From Acidobacteriota bacterium (lineage in GTDB: Bacteria > Acidobacteriota > Vicinamibacteria > Vicinamibacterales > CAVVIG01), in the NCBI GenBank assembly GCA_039931615.1, contig JBDTRR010000013.1, positions 28,386 through 92,385 of the forward strand: DNA of 64,000 nt, written 5' to 3'. The notes below the pieces were generated by a model that made no database searches, was not told where the DNA came from, and saw nothing but the letters and a program-made list of their open reading frames with translations. This document shows, piece after piece, positions 43,260-55,747 of the stretch; positions within the stretch are counted from its first letter, which is position 1; the number at the start of each line of letters is the position of its first letter. The translations under genes and the position numbers were made by a program.

Positions 43260-46200
43260 TGCCGGTCGCCTTCCTCCGCGTGCTGCGTCATCATCGGGCC
43301 TACCGCTACGTCACCCGCACGCTCGGCGTGGCGGCGGCGATCCTCGCCGTCTCGGTCGTGACGACCGTCACCGTCGATCTCGGACCGCTGGTGCGCGAGC
43401 GCGCCGAGCGGCTGGGCGGCAACAGCTGGAAGCGCCCGATCCACATCGGCCGGCTCAGCATCCGGCTGTTGACCGGCCGGATTCAGGTCGACGACTTCTC
43501 GATCGAGGGGCTGACGCCGGACGCCCGGCCGTTCTTCACCGCCCGGCGCCTCGACGTCTCGCTCGACTGGTCGACCGCCTTCAAGCGCGAGATCACCATC
43601 ACCGCCGTCGACATGACCGACTGGCAGATGCTGGTCGAAAAGTGGGACGGCCGGAACACCTTCCCGAAATTCACCGACGATGCCGAGCGGCCGCCCGGGC
43701 CGCGGCGCTTCACGACGACGTTGCAGCACCTGCGGGCGTGGCGCGGCCAGTTCACGTTCGAGGATCACCAGGCGCCGTGGAGCGTCGTCGCCCGCAACAT
43801 CGACGTCAATATCGGCAACCTGCCGAAGTACCACGGCACCGCCACCTTCACCGACGGCACGGTGTCGATTCAGCACTACGTGCCGTTCGCGGCGAAGATG
43901 CGCGCCAGCTTCGTCATCGACGACGGCCGGATTCACCTTGATTCGATCGACTTCGATACCGACGGCGCGAAGACGGTGGCGACCGGGGTCATCGACGCCC
44001 GGCGCTGGCCGGAGCAGACCTACCAGTTCAAGTCGAGCGTGCAGTTCGCCCGGATGCGCGAGCTGTTCTTCAAGGACGAGAAATGGGAGCTGGCCGGCGA
44101 CGGCGATTTCACCGGCACGTTTCATCTGTTCAAGGACGGCCGCGACCTCGCCGGGACGTTCGCCAGCGCGGTGCTCGGCGTCAATCAGTACCGGTTCCCG
44201 AAGCTCCATGGATCGCTGCACTGGACGCCGACGGCGCTCGACGTGACCAGCGCGGGCGCGCAGCTGTTCGGAGGGGACAGTCGATTCACCTATTCGATCA
44301 AGCCGCTCGGCGCCGCCTCGCCGCCGACGGCCAGGTTCGAGGCCGGTTTCGCCGGCGTCGACCTGGCCTCGCTGACCGACTTCGAGCAGCTCAAGGGACT
44401 CCGTTTCGCGGGCACCGCCAGCGGCGAGCGGGTGGTGCTGGAATGGCCGCTCGGCCGGTTCGCCGATCACACGGGCAGCGGGCGCCTGGTGGTGACGCCG
44501 CCGGCCTGGGTCCAGGCGATGGCCGCGTTCCGCCCCGCCCCCTCCGGCGGCCAGTCGGGCGCCGTTGCGCTCCGCGAATGGGGGCCGTTCGCACCGGTCC
44601 CGCTGCCGCGGCATCTGCCAATCGCCGGCGAGCTGACCTACCGGTTCGGTCCCGATCAGGTCGAGCTCGAGGCCGGCCGGTTCACGACCGAGCACACCGA
44701 CGTCACCTTCCACGGATCGACGGCCTGGGGCGACGCCGCGCACCTTGCATTTCACGTCACCAGCGACGACTGGCAGGAAAGCGATCAGCTCCTGGCCGGC
44801 ATCATGACCGATTTCGGCGCGCCGACCAGCCCGGTCACATTTGGCGGCCGCGGCGAGTTCGACGGCATGCTGACCGGGGCGTTCCGCCGGCCGCGCGTCG
44901 AGGGGGAATTCCGCGGCGAGGATCTGCGCGGGTTCGACACGTGGTGGGGCGCCGGCGACGCGCACATCGTTGTCGAACAGGGGTACGTCCGGGTCCGCGA
45001 CGGCATCGTCAGGCAGAACGACTCGGAGATGCGCTTCGACGGGCTGTTCTCGCTCGGTTTCCCGCGCGACGACGGCGGCGAGGAGATGAACGCGCGGATC
45101 CGCGTCGTGCGGCGCGATCTCGACTCGCTTCGCCATGCCTTTGGCATCGACGAGTATCCCGTCTCCGGTCTGCTGTCGGGCGAGTTCCAGTTGAACGGTG
45201 AATATCTGAAGCCGGTCGGCTTCGGCGGCATGACGCTGGACCGCCTGGTGGCGTACGGCGAGCCGCTGGACGGGGCGGCCGCGTCGCTGCGGTTCGACGG
45301 CACCGGCGTCCGGCTCGACGGTCTGACGGTAGAGAAGGGCGGCGGCACCATCACCGGCGCCGCGTTCGTCGGCTGGGACTCGACCTATTCGTTCAACCTC
45401 GCCGGCCGGCGCATTCCGCTGGAGAGCGTCTCGAAGCTGGCCTACCCCCGCGCGCCGCTGTCGGGGATTGGCGAATTCTCGGCCAGCGGCAGCGCCACCT
45501 TCGATCAGCCGCGGAACGACTACCGGTTCAGCGTCAACGACCTGTTTGTCGGCGACGAGGGAGTCGGCCAGGTGACCGGCGCCGTGGCGCTGCGCGGCGC
45601 CGAGCTGACCGGCGAGATCGACGCCGCGTCGCCGCGGCTGGCGCTCACCGCGACCGGACGCATCGCCGTCACGCCGCAGGCCGATTCGGAGATCATCGTC
45701 CGCTTCCACGACATGTCGCTCGATCCGTACGTCCGGCCGTTCGTGCCCCGGCTGTCGCCGTTCACGACCGCGGTGGTCAGCGGATCGGTGCGCGTCGCCG
45801 GCCGGCTGACCGACGTCGATCGGCTGCTGGTCGACGGGACGATCGACACCGTCGATCTGCGTCTGTTCGACTACGCCTTGAAGAACGCGGCGCCGATCCG
45901 GCTGTCGCTCGACAACCGCGTCGTCAAGATCGGTGATCTGCAGCTGATCGGCGACGACACCAGGCTGCGTCTGGCCGGCACGGTCGGCCTGCGCGACGAG
46001 CGGATTGCACTGCAGGCGGTGGGCGACGCCAACCTCGGCATCCTGCAGGGCTTCTTCCGCGACGTGCGCGGGTCGGGCCAGGCCGCGCTGACCGCGGCGA
46101 TCGAGGGACCGCTGCGGGCGCCGGTGTTCTCCGGGCGCGCGACCGTGACGGGCGGCCGGGTCCGCCATTTCTCGCTGCCCAACTCGCTCGATGCGATCAA

Positions 46201-47344
46201 CGGCGTGATGACGTTCGACGCCCGCGGGGTCCGGCTCGACGATCTGAGCGCGACGATGGGCGGCGGCAGCGTCCGGTTCGGCGGCCGGATCGGCTTCGAC
46301 GGCTATGAGCCCGGCGATCTGAACGTCACGGTCCGCGGCGACGGTGTGCAGTTCCGGTTCCCGGAGGGGGTGCGTTCGGTCGTCGACGCCGATTTGACGG
46401 TGCGCGGCAGCGTCAAGGCGCCGACGCTGGGCGGATCGGTGGTGGTCAAGAGCGCCGTCTACAGCAAGCGGATCGACGCGCCGGAAACGATCCTGGATTT
46501 CGCGATCCGGCGCTCGTCGGATGCGGCCGTGCCCGAGGCCGCCGCCGCGCCGGCGGTGCCGTTGAAGTTCGACATCCAGATCCTGGTGCCGTCGACGCTG
46601 CGAGTCGAGAACAACCTCGGCCGCGGCGTGGCCAACGCGGATCTGACGCTGCGCGGGACCTACGATCGGCCGATCTTCTTCGGCCACGCCGAGGTCGAGC
46701 GCGGCGAGCTGACCTACAAGGGCAAGCGCTATCGAGTCACGAAAGGCTCGGTCGATTTCACCAACCCGGCGCGGATCGAGCCGTTCTTCGACATCGAGGC
46801 CGAAACCAACGTCCGCGCCGCCGGGCAGAACTACCGGCTGGTGGTCGGCGCCACCGGCCCGACCCAGAAGCTGGTGCCCTCGCTCAGCTCGGACCCGCCG
46901 CTGCCGGCGGCGGACATCCTGGCGCTGCTGTTCAGCGACGTCCGCCGGACCGAGGATGTCGAGCTCCGCGCGCTGCAGAATCCGACCCAGCGCCAGACCG
47001 ACCTGCTGTCGGCGAGCGCGGCCGAGACGATCGCGCGGCCGATCTCGGAGGCCGGCAAGATCGTCCAGCGGACCTTCGGCGTCGATACCTTCCAGCTCAC
47101 CCCCTTCCTCACCGACGTCAACAGCACCCAGGCCTCGCGGCTGAATCCGACTGCGCGGCTGACCATCGGCAAGCGGATCTCGGACCGTGTCTATCTGACG
47201 TTCTCACGCAGCCTGGCCTCGTCGATCAACGATCAGATCATCCTGCTCGAATACGACGCCAGCGAGCGGGTGTCGTGGATGCTGTCGCGGAACGAGGACT
47301 CACAGACCTACGCTCTGGAGTTCCGTGTGCGCCATACGTATTAG
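43259..47344 (+). CDS. tamB: TamB/AsmA-like translocation and assembly module protein (DUF490 C-terminus)
   Basis: 1361 aa. The GTG start overlaps the BCCP stop by 1 nt (TAGTG). It has an N-terminal TM anchor (LGVAAAILAVSVVTTV). The body is long and beta-rich. The C-terminus reads LTIGKRISDRVYLTFSRSL...LLEYDASERVSWMLSRNEDSQTYALEFRVRHTY. Confidence 0.82.
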   Translation: MPVAFLRVLRHHRAYRYVTRTLGVAAAILAVSVVTTVTVDLGPLVRERAERLGGNSWKRPIHIGRLSIRLLTGRIQVDDFSIEGLTPDARPFFTARRLDVSLDWSTAFKREITITAVDMTDWQMLVEKWDGRNTFPKFTDDAERPPGPRRFTTTLQHLRAWRGQFTFEDHQAPWSVVARNIDVNIGNLPKYHGTATFTDGTVSIQHYVPFAAKMRASFVIDDGRIHLDSIDFDTDGAKTVATGVIDARRWPEQTYQFKSSVQFARMRELFFKDEKWELAGDGDFTGTFHLFKDGRDLAGTFASAVLGVNQYRFPKLHGSLHWTPTALDVTSAGAQLFGGDSRFTYSIKPLGAASPPTARFEAGFAGVDLASLTDFEQLKGLRFAGTASGERVVLEWPLGRFADHTGSGRLVVTPPAWVQAMAAFRPAPSGGQSGAVALREWGPFAPVPLPRHLPIAGELTYRFGPDQVELEAGRFTTEHTDVTFHGSTAWGDAAHLAFHVTSDDWQESDQLLAGIMTDFGAPTSPVTFGGRGEFDGMLTGAFRRPRVEGEFRGEDLRGFDTWWGAGDAHIVVEQGYVRVRDGIVRQNDSEMRFDGLFSLGFPRDDGGEEMNARIRVVRRDLDSLRHAFGIDEYPVSGLLSGEFQLNGEYLKPVGFGGMTLDRLVAYGEPLDGAAASLRFDGTGVRLDGLTVEKGGGTITGAAFVGWDSTYSFNLAGRRIPLESVSKLAYPRAPLSGIGEFSASGSATFDQPRNDYRFSVNDLFVGDEGVGQVTGAVALRGAELTGEIDAASPRLALTATGRIAVTPQADSEIIVRFHDMSLDPYVRPFVPRLSPFTTAVVSGSVRVAGRLTDVDRLLVDGTIDTVDLRLFDYALKNAAPIRLSLDNRVVKIGDLQLIGDDTRLRLAGTVGLRDERIALQAVGDANLGILQGFFRDVRGSGQAALTAAIEGPLRAPVFSGRATVTGGRVRHFSLPNSLDAINGVMTFDARGVRLDDLSATMGGGSVRFGGRIGFDGYEPGDLNVTVRGDGVQFRFPEGVRSVVDADLTVRGSVKAPTLGGSVVVKSAVYSKRIDAPETILDFAIRRSSDAAVPEAAAAPAVPLKFDIQILVPSTLRVENNLGRGVANADLTLRGTYDRPIFFGHAEVERGELTYKGKRYRVTKGSVDFTNPARIEPFFDIEAETNVRAAGQNYRLVVGATGPTQKLVPSLSSDPPLPAADILALLFSDVRRTEDVELRALQNPTQRQTDLLSASAAETIARPISEAGKIVQRTFGVDTFQLTPFLTDVNSTQASRLNPTARLTIGKRISDRVYLTFSRSLASSINDQIILLEYDASERVSWMLSRNEDSQTYALEFRVRHTY

Positions 47345-47350
47345 CTGGCG

Positions 47351-50314
47351 ATGACGAGGACGCGGCGGTCGGGGAGGACGCGGCGGCTGAATGGGGTCAC
47401 GATGAGTGCGACCCTCTGCGTCCTCTGCTTCCTCGTCAGCGCCGGCCCCGCCGAAGGTGCCATCGACGACTTCCTCGGTAAGCCGGTCGCCGTCGTCCGG
47501 CTGGTCATCGAGGGGCGGGAGACGGTGGATCCGTCGCTCTCCCGGGTGGTCGAGACCCGTCAGGGCGAGCCGCTGACGATGGCGGCGGTGCGCGACACCA
47601 TCACCCACCTGTTCAGCCTCGGCCGGTTCGACGATGTTCGCGTCGACGCGACGGTGGTCGAGGCGAACCGGGTGGCGCTGCGCTACGAGCTGAGCCCGAT
47701 TCATCCGGTGACCCACATCGCGCTGGCCGGCGCGATCGGCGCCGGCGTGGACGCCAGCCAGCTGCGCCAGTCGGTGGTCGATCGTTACGGCCCGTCGCCG
47801 CCGATCGCGCGCGCCGCCGAGGCCGCCGCGCTGATTGCCGACGGCTTGCGCGAGAGCGGCTACCTGCACGCCGACGTCAAACCGCGGGTCGACATCGCGC
47901 ACCGGCCGGAGCGGGCGACGCTGGTCTTCACGGTCGAGCCGGGGCCGCGCACGACAATCGAGGCGATCGAGATCGCCGGTGCGCCGGCCGAGGCCCAGGC
48001 CGATCTGCTGCGCCGGCTCGATCTGGCGCGCGGCGCGCCGTATCGGCGCGAGGCGCTCAACGCGCGGATCGACCGCTACGTCGCCGACCGCCGCAAGGCC
48101 GGCTACTACGAGGCGCGGCTGACCGTGGCCGCGGCGCTGACCGACGCCGACCGCCTCGCCAGACTGACGCTGACGGCGATGCCCGGGCCGCACGTCCGGG
48201 TGGTGTTCACCGGCGATCAGCTGACCGCGGACAAACGCGCCGAGCTGGTGCCGATCGAGCGGGAGGGCTCGGTCGACGAAGATCTGCTGGAGGACACGAC
48301 CAACGCCATCGTCGAGCACCTGCGCGGCCTCGGCTATCGCGACGCGATGGCGCCGCACTCGCGCACCGAGTCGGGCAGCGAGCTGGTGATCGCCTTCGAC
48401 GTGCGGCGCGGCCGCGAATACCGGGTCGAGCGGGTCGAGATCTCCGGCAATCCGTCGGTGCCGTTGTCCGAGATCGCGGCGTCGCTGCGGCTCCGCGACG
48501 GCGAGCCGTTCGCGGAGGCGCAGCTCGACGCGGATCTGGCGGCGATCCAGGAGCTCTACCGGCGCCGCGGCTTTGCCGGCGCCCGGGTGCAGGCGTCGGA
48601 GGAGCCGCAGCCGGTCGAGCCGCGGGCGCCGTTCGTCCCGCTGCGGGTCCGGATGGTCGTCAGCGAAGGGGTGCGGACGGTGGTGTCCGCCGTGCACCTG
48701 CAGGGAAATGCCGCGGTCGCCGAGGCGGCCTTGAAACCGCTGCTCGGCGTGGCGGCCGACCGGCCCTACCTGGAGACGCAGCTGGCGCTCGATCGCGACG
48801 CGATCCAGCTGCACTACCTCAATCTCGGCTACCAGAACGTCAGCGTCGACGCCAATCCGAACTTCAGCGCCGACCGGACCCGCGCCGAGCCGATCTTCAC
48901 GATCCGGGAAGGGCCGCGCATCTTCGTCGACCACGTGCTGATCGTCGGCAACGTGCGGACCGGCCTCGAGACGATCGAACGGGAGCTGCAGATGAAGCCG
49001 GGCGAGGCGCTGAGCGAGGCCGCCAAGATCGAGAGCCGGCGCCGCCTGGCCGCCCTCGGCCTGTTCCGGCGCGTCCAGATCGCCGAGCTGGCACACGGCG
49101 AAGAGGCCCGGCGCGATCTGCTGGTCACGGTCGAGGAAGGGCCGGCCACGACGGTCATCGTCGGCGGCGGCGCGGAAGGCCGGCTGCGCCCGGTGCGCAG
49201 CGCCGGCGGCGTCGTGTCGGAGCAGTTCGATCTCGCGCCGCGCGGATCGTTCCAGATCACCCGCCGCCCCCTGTTCGGCAAGAATCGATCGATCAGCGTC
49301 TTCACCAGCGTCAGCCTCAGCCTGAAGGATTCGCAGGTGTTCGGCGATGCCGGGACGCCGATCATCAGCAGCAAGTTTCCCGAGTACCGGGTGCTCGGCA
49401 CCTACCGCGAGCCGCGGCTGTTCGATACCGCGGCCGATGCCTTCATCACCGGCACCATCGAGCAGCGGATTCGATCGAGCTTCAACTTCACCCGCAGCGT
49501 CGGCGGCGCCGGCTACGCCCGCCGCCTGTCGAGCGCGACCAGCGTCACCGGCAGCTATCAGATTCAGCGCACCCGCGTCTTCGATTCGCAGGTCAAGCCG
49601 GAGGACGAGCCGCTGATCGATCGCACCTTCTCCCGCTATCGCCTGTCGTCGTTTTCCGCCGCGGTGCTCCGGGACACCCGCAACGACTCGGCCGATCCGA
49701 CGGCCGGCGGCTACCTGAGCGCGAACGGCGAGATCGCGGGACTGGCGATCGGCTCGGAGGCCGGCTTCGTCAAGTCCTACCTGACGGCGCAGCTGTTCCG
49801 GCCGGTGACGCACGGCGGCGGGATTCTGTTCGCCGGCAGCGCCCGGGTCGGCCTCGGCTTCCCGCGCGAGGCGGTGCGCAAGGACGAGCAGGGGCGCAAC
49901 GAGGTCGGCGCCGACGGCCGGGTGATCATCGAGCCGGTCGACGATCTGCCGGCCAGCGAGCGGTTCTTTGCCGGCGGCGACACCACCGTCCGCGGCTTCG
50001 CCCTCGATCGGCTCGGATCGGCCGACACCATCAAGGACGGGTCACCGATCGGCGGCAACGCCGTGGTCATCTTCAACGGCGAGCTGCGCGTCTCGGTGCC
50101 CGGCAACGCGCAGATTGTCGGCTTCGTCGACAGCGGCAACGTGTTCAAGCACGTCGGCGATCTCGATCTCGGCCAGCTCCGTGCCGCGGTCGGGTTCGGC
50201 GGGCGCTACCGGTCGCCGGTCGGGCCGATCCGCGTCGACATCGGCTTCAAGGTCCACCGCCAGCCCGGCGAGGGGGCGGTGGCGTTTCATGTCAGCCTCG
50301 GTCAGGCGTTCTAG
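47351..50314 (+). CDS. bamA: Omp85-family outer membrane protein assembly factor BamA (multi-POTRA)
   Basis: The start is 47351, or 47402 (MSATLCVLCFLVSAGPAEG). It has repeated POTRA-like units (...VERVEISGN.., VSAVHLQGN.., VDHVLIVGN..). The C-terminal barrel has FFAGGDTTVRGF, GGNAVVIFNGELR and a terminal ...VSLGQAF. Confidence 0.9.
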   Translation: MTRTRRSGRTRRLNGVTMSATLCVLCFLVSAGPAEGAIDDFLGKPVAVVRLVIEGRETVDPSLSRVVETRQGEPLTMAAVRDTITHLFSLGRFDDVRVDATVVEANRVALRYELSPIHPVTHIALAGAIGAGVDASQLRQSVVDRYGPSPPIARAAEAAALIADGLRESGYLHADVKPRVDIAHRPERATLVFTVEPGPRTTIEAIEIAGAPAEAQADLLRRLDLARGAPYRREALNARIDRYVADRRKAGYYEARLTVAAALTDADRLARLTLTAMPGPHVRVVFTGDQLTADKRAELVPIEREGSVDEDLLEDTTNAIVEHLRGLGYRDAMAPHSRTESGSELVIAFDVRRGREYRVERVEISGNPSVPLSEIAASLRLRDGEPFAEAQLDADLAAIQELYRRRGFAGARVQASEEPQPVEPRAPFVPLRVRMVVSEGVRTVVSAVHLQGNAAVAEAALKPLLGVAADRPYLETQLALDRDAIQLHYLNLGYQNVSVDANPNFSADRTRAEPIFTIREGPRIFVDHVLIVGNVRTGLETIERELQMKPGEALSEAAKIESRRRLAALGLFRRVQIAELAHGEEARRDLLVTVEEGPATTVIVGGGAEGRLRPVRSAGGVVSEQFDLAPRGSFQITRRPLFGKNRSISVFTSVSLSLKDSQVFGDAGTPIISSKFPEYRVLGTYREPRLFDTAADAFITGTIEQRIRSSFNFTRSVGGAGYARRLSSATSVTGSYQIQRTRVFDSQVKPEDEPLIDRTFSRYRLSSFSAAVLRDTRNDSADPTAGGYLSANGEIAGLAIGSEAGFVKSYLTAQLFRPVTHGGGILFAGSARVGLGFPREAVRKDEQGRNEVGADGRVIIEPVDDLPASERFFAGGDTTVRGFALDRLGSADTIKDGSPIGGNAVVIFNGELRVSVPGNAQIVGFVDSGNVFKHVGDLDLGQLRAAVGFGGRYRSPVGPIRVDIGFKVHRQPGEGAVAFHVSLGQAF

Positions 50315-50330
50315 AACCAGGACAGGGATA

Positions 50331-50400
50331 GCGACGAAAGAACGAAGGAACGAGAGCACGAAAATGAGGGAACATCCGTTCGTGCCGTGTGATCGTGGCC
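50331..50400. repeat. ACGAA-word tract with short hairpin
   Basis: The tract is gcgacgaaagaacgaaggaacgagagcacgaaaa ... ccgttcgtgccgtgtgatcgtggcc. GCACGAA (50356-62) pairs with TTCGTGC (50379-85). It shares the CACGAA and TCGTGGCC words with 51068-51252. Confidence 0.55.
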
Positions 50401-50416
50401 GGTCCACCAGGAAGCG

Positions 50417-51064
50417 ATGACGTTACGGATTGCGGAGGTCAGACTGTCGATCGGAGTGCTCACGCTGGCGATCGGGCTGGCTGGCGCCGTGCGCGCCGAG
50501 ATCATCGACCGCGTCCTGGCGGTCGTCAGCGGCGCGGTGATCATGCAGAGCGACGCCATCGCCGCCTACGAGCTGGGCGTGGTCGCCCCGGAGACGACCG
50601 ACGATCCGCTGGCCGGCGTGCTGTCGCAGCTCATCGATCGGCAGCTGATGCTGGCGGAGGTCGACCGCTACGTGCCGCCCGAGCCGTCGGCGGACGCGAT
50701 CGATCAGGCGGCGCAGCAGGTGCGCGCCCGGTTCGCGTCGACGTCCGCCTACGAGTCGGCGCTGGCGCGGTCGGGCATGGGCGAGGTGCGGCTGCGCCGG
50801 CTGCTCCGCGACGAGCTGCGGATCCGGGCGTATCTCGACGAGCGCTTCGTCGTCCCGCCGCCGGGCGACGACGAGCTCGGCCAGTACTATCGTGAACACC
50901 CTGGTACGTTCAGCCGCGCCGGTCAGATCGTCCCCTTCGACGCCGCCCGCGCCGAGATCGCGGCCGCCGTCGTCTCGAACCGGCGCAGCACGCTGATCGG
51001 CGATTGGGTGAAGGGCCTGCGCCGCCGCGCCGACATCAGCAATCTGTATCTGGTCCGGCGCTGA
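50417..51064 (+). CDS. SurA N-terminal-domain-like periplasmic chaperone (no PPIase domain)
   Basis: AGGAAG lies upstream. It has a signal peptide ending AVRA. IIDRVLAVVSGAVIMQSDAIAA matches the SurA_N pattern. Confidence 0.6.
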   Translation: MTLRIAEVRLSIGVLTLAIGLAGAVRAEIIDRVLAVVSGAVIMQSDAIAAYELGVVAPETTDDPLAGVLSQLIDRQLMLAEVDRYVPPEPSADAIDQAAQQVRARFASTSAYESALARSGMGEVRLRRLLRDELRIRAYLDERFVVPPPGDDELGQYYREHPGTFSRAGQIVPFDAARAEIAAAVVSNRRSTLIGDWVKGLRRRADISNLYLVRR

Positions 51065-51067
51065 GGG

Positions 51068-51252
51068 GGCCACGAAAACACGAAAGCACGAAGAAGCGAC
51101 GGTCTGGAGCGCCTGTCATGTCAGTCGTAGTGCAGGCCTTGCAGGCCTGCCGTGTCTGGCAGGTCCGCACAACTCCAGCAGATTTTTCACACGCGTTTCC
51201 GGCCTGCCGGCCTGAAACATGACTGATTTCGTGATTTCGTGTTTTCGTGGCC
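51068..51252. repeat. 185-bp MITE-like composite palindrome with 25-bp terminal inverted repeats
   Basis: The left arm is GGCCACGAAAACACGAAAGCACGAA (51068-51092). The right arm is TTCGTGATTTCGTGTTTTCGTGGCC (51228-51252), complementary at 24/25 positions. There are nested inner repeats (CTGGAG/CTCCAG; GCAGGCCttgcaGGCCTGC). It lies between convergent gene ends. Confidence 0.85.
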
Positions 51253-51262
51253 TGGAAGGACG

Positions 51263-52054
51263 CTACCTTCCAGTCGCCAGGAACTGGGCGATCTGGATCA
51301 GGTTGAAGCCCGAATGGCTGACCACCGGGGCGATCACCGATCGCCGGCGCAGGTAGACGATGCCCCAGAACGCCCCGAGCGTGCCGGTGGCGATCGCCGC
51401 GTCGACGCCCTGGAGCAGATGGCCGGCGCCGAACGCGATGCTGGTGGCGATCACGCCGACCGTCGCCCCGCCCAGCCAGACCTCGAAGCGATGCAGCAGG
51501 AACGCGCGCTGCAGTTCTTCGCGGACGCCGCCGGCGACGACGACGATCAGCGCGAACAGCCAGGCGTCGCGCGGGGTGCGGATCAGCGCCTGCAGCGGAT
51601 TCTTCTCGACGGTGTGCAGCGAGGGATAGTAGCGCTGAATCGTCGCCAGGATGACGATGCCGATGGTCAGGGCGAGGAAGATCAGGGGGACGCCGTACCG
51701 GGCTTCCGGCGCCACGCCGCGGTGGCCGAGAAAGACGTCGCGCGGCTGCTCGCCGTGCGCGTACAGGAAGAACACCATCAGGCCGACCAGCAGGGCGGTG
51801 TCGAGCAGGGACAGCGCGACCACGAAGCCGACGCGCAGGTCGCCGTTGGCGCCGAACGGGCCGTAACCCAGGGCGGTGAACGTCGCCGCCAGCGCCGCCT
51901 GCGTCGGGTAGTCGGAGCAGAGCAGCACCTCGATCAGCGCGACGGCGCGGTGCGTGAGCGGAGCGCGGGGGAGAGGGGCGGCTGGAAGCTCGTCAGTGCC
52001 CGGAGTGGCCGGCGGCCAGGGCCCGGAGCTGGGAGGATCGTCGTCGCCGCGCAT
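51263..52054 (-). CDS. CPBP-family intramembrane glutamic endopeptidase (CAAX protease-like)
   Basis: Multi-TM. It has REELQRAF (a variant of the EExxxR motif), FGAGH (FxxxH) and HSGFN (HxxxN). Confidence 0.78.
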   Translation of the reverse strand: MRGDDDPPSSGPWPPATPGTDELPAAPLPRAPLTHRAVALIEVLLCSDYPTQAALAATFTALGYGPFGANGDLRVGFVVALSLLDTALLVGLMVFFLYAHGEQPRDVFLGHRGVAPEARYGVPLIFLALTIGIVILATIQRYYPSLHTVEKNPLQALIRTPRDAWLFALIVVVAGGVREELQRAFLLHRFEVWLGGATVGVIATSIAFGAGHLLQGVDAAIATGTLGAFWGIVYLRRRSVIAPVVSHSGFNLIQIAQFLATGR

Positions 52055-52243
52055 TGCGATCAGCGTACCTCATCGCGGTCTGGTCCGATCGAGGCGGCCC
52101 GCGGGCGGCCGGCGGCTGGCCGGCCCCTCCGGCAGTCGGGGTGGGGAGCCTGCGCCCGGTCCCGTGTGTCGAGTACGATGGACCCGCGCCGGCACGGCGA
52201 CCGGCACCCGGCTTCGTGCAGCTGGCCCCGCCGTGACCCCCCG

Positions 52244-52300
52244 CCGGTTGTCGCCTCCGGTTGTCGGCCTGGTTATTGCCCAGCTTGTTGCCCTGGTTCT
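52244..52300. repeat. Four degenerate 12-14-bp direct repeats (GGTTGTYGCC-like)
   Basis: The repeats are ccggttgtcgcct, ccggttgtcggcct, ggttattgccca and gcttgttgccct. They lie in the divergent region upstream of the second NtrC-like regulator and contain a weak GG-N10-GC match (CGGCCTggttaTTGCC). Confidence 0.5.
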
Positions 52301-52369
52301 GAAAGTAGTTGAGATCGCAGCCGAACCGGGCGATGCTGAGGATGTAAAAATGACATGCAGAGGTGAGCT

Positions 52370-53788
<1,419 letters not shown>

Positions 53789-53865
53789 AGGCTTGGGCCT
53801 GGCGCCAGGCGTCTGGACGAACACCGCGGGATTGTTCAGCCTCCAGACTCACGCCCCCAGCTCAT

Positions 53866-55743
<1,878 letters not shown>

Positions 55744-55747
55744 CCCC

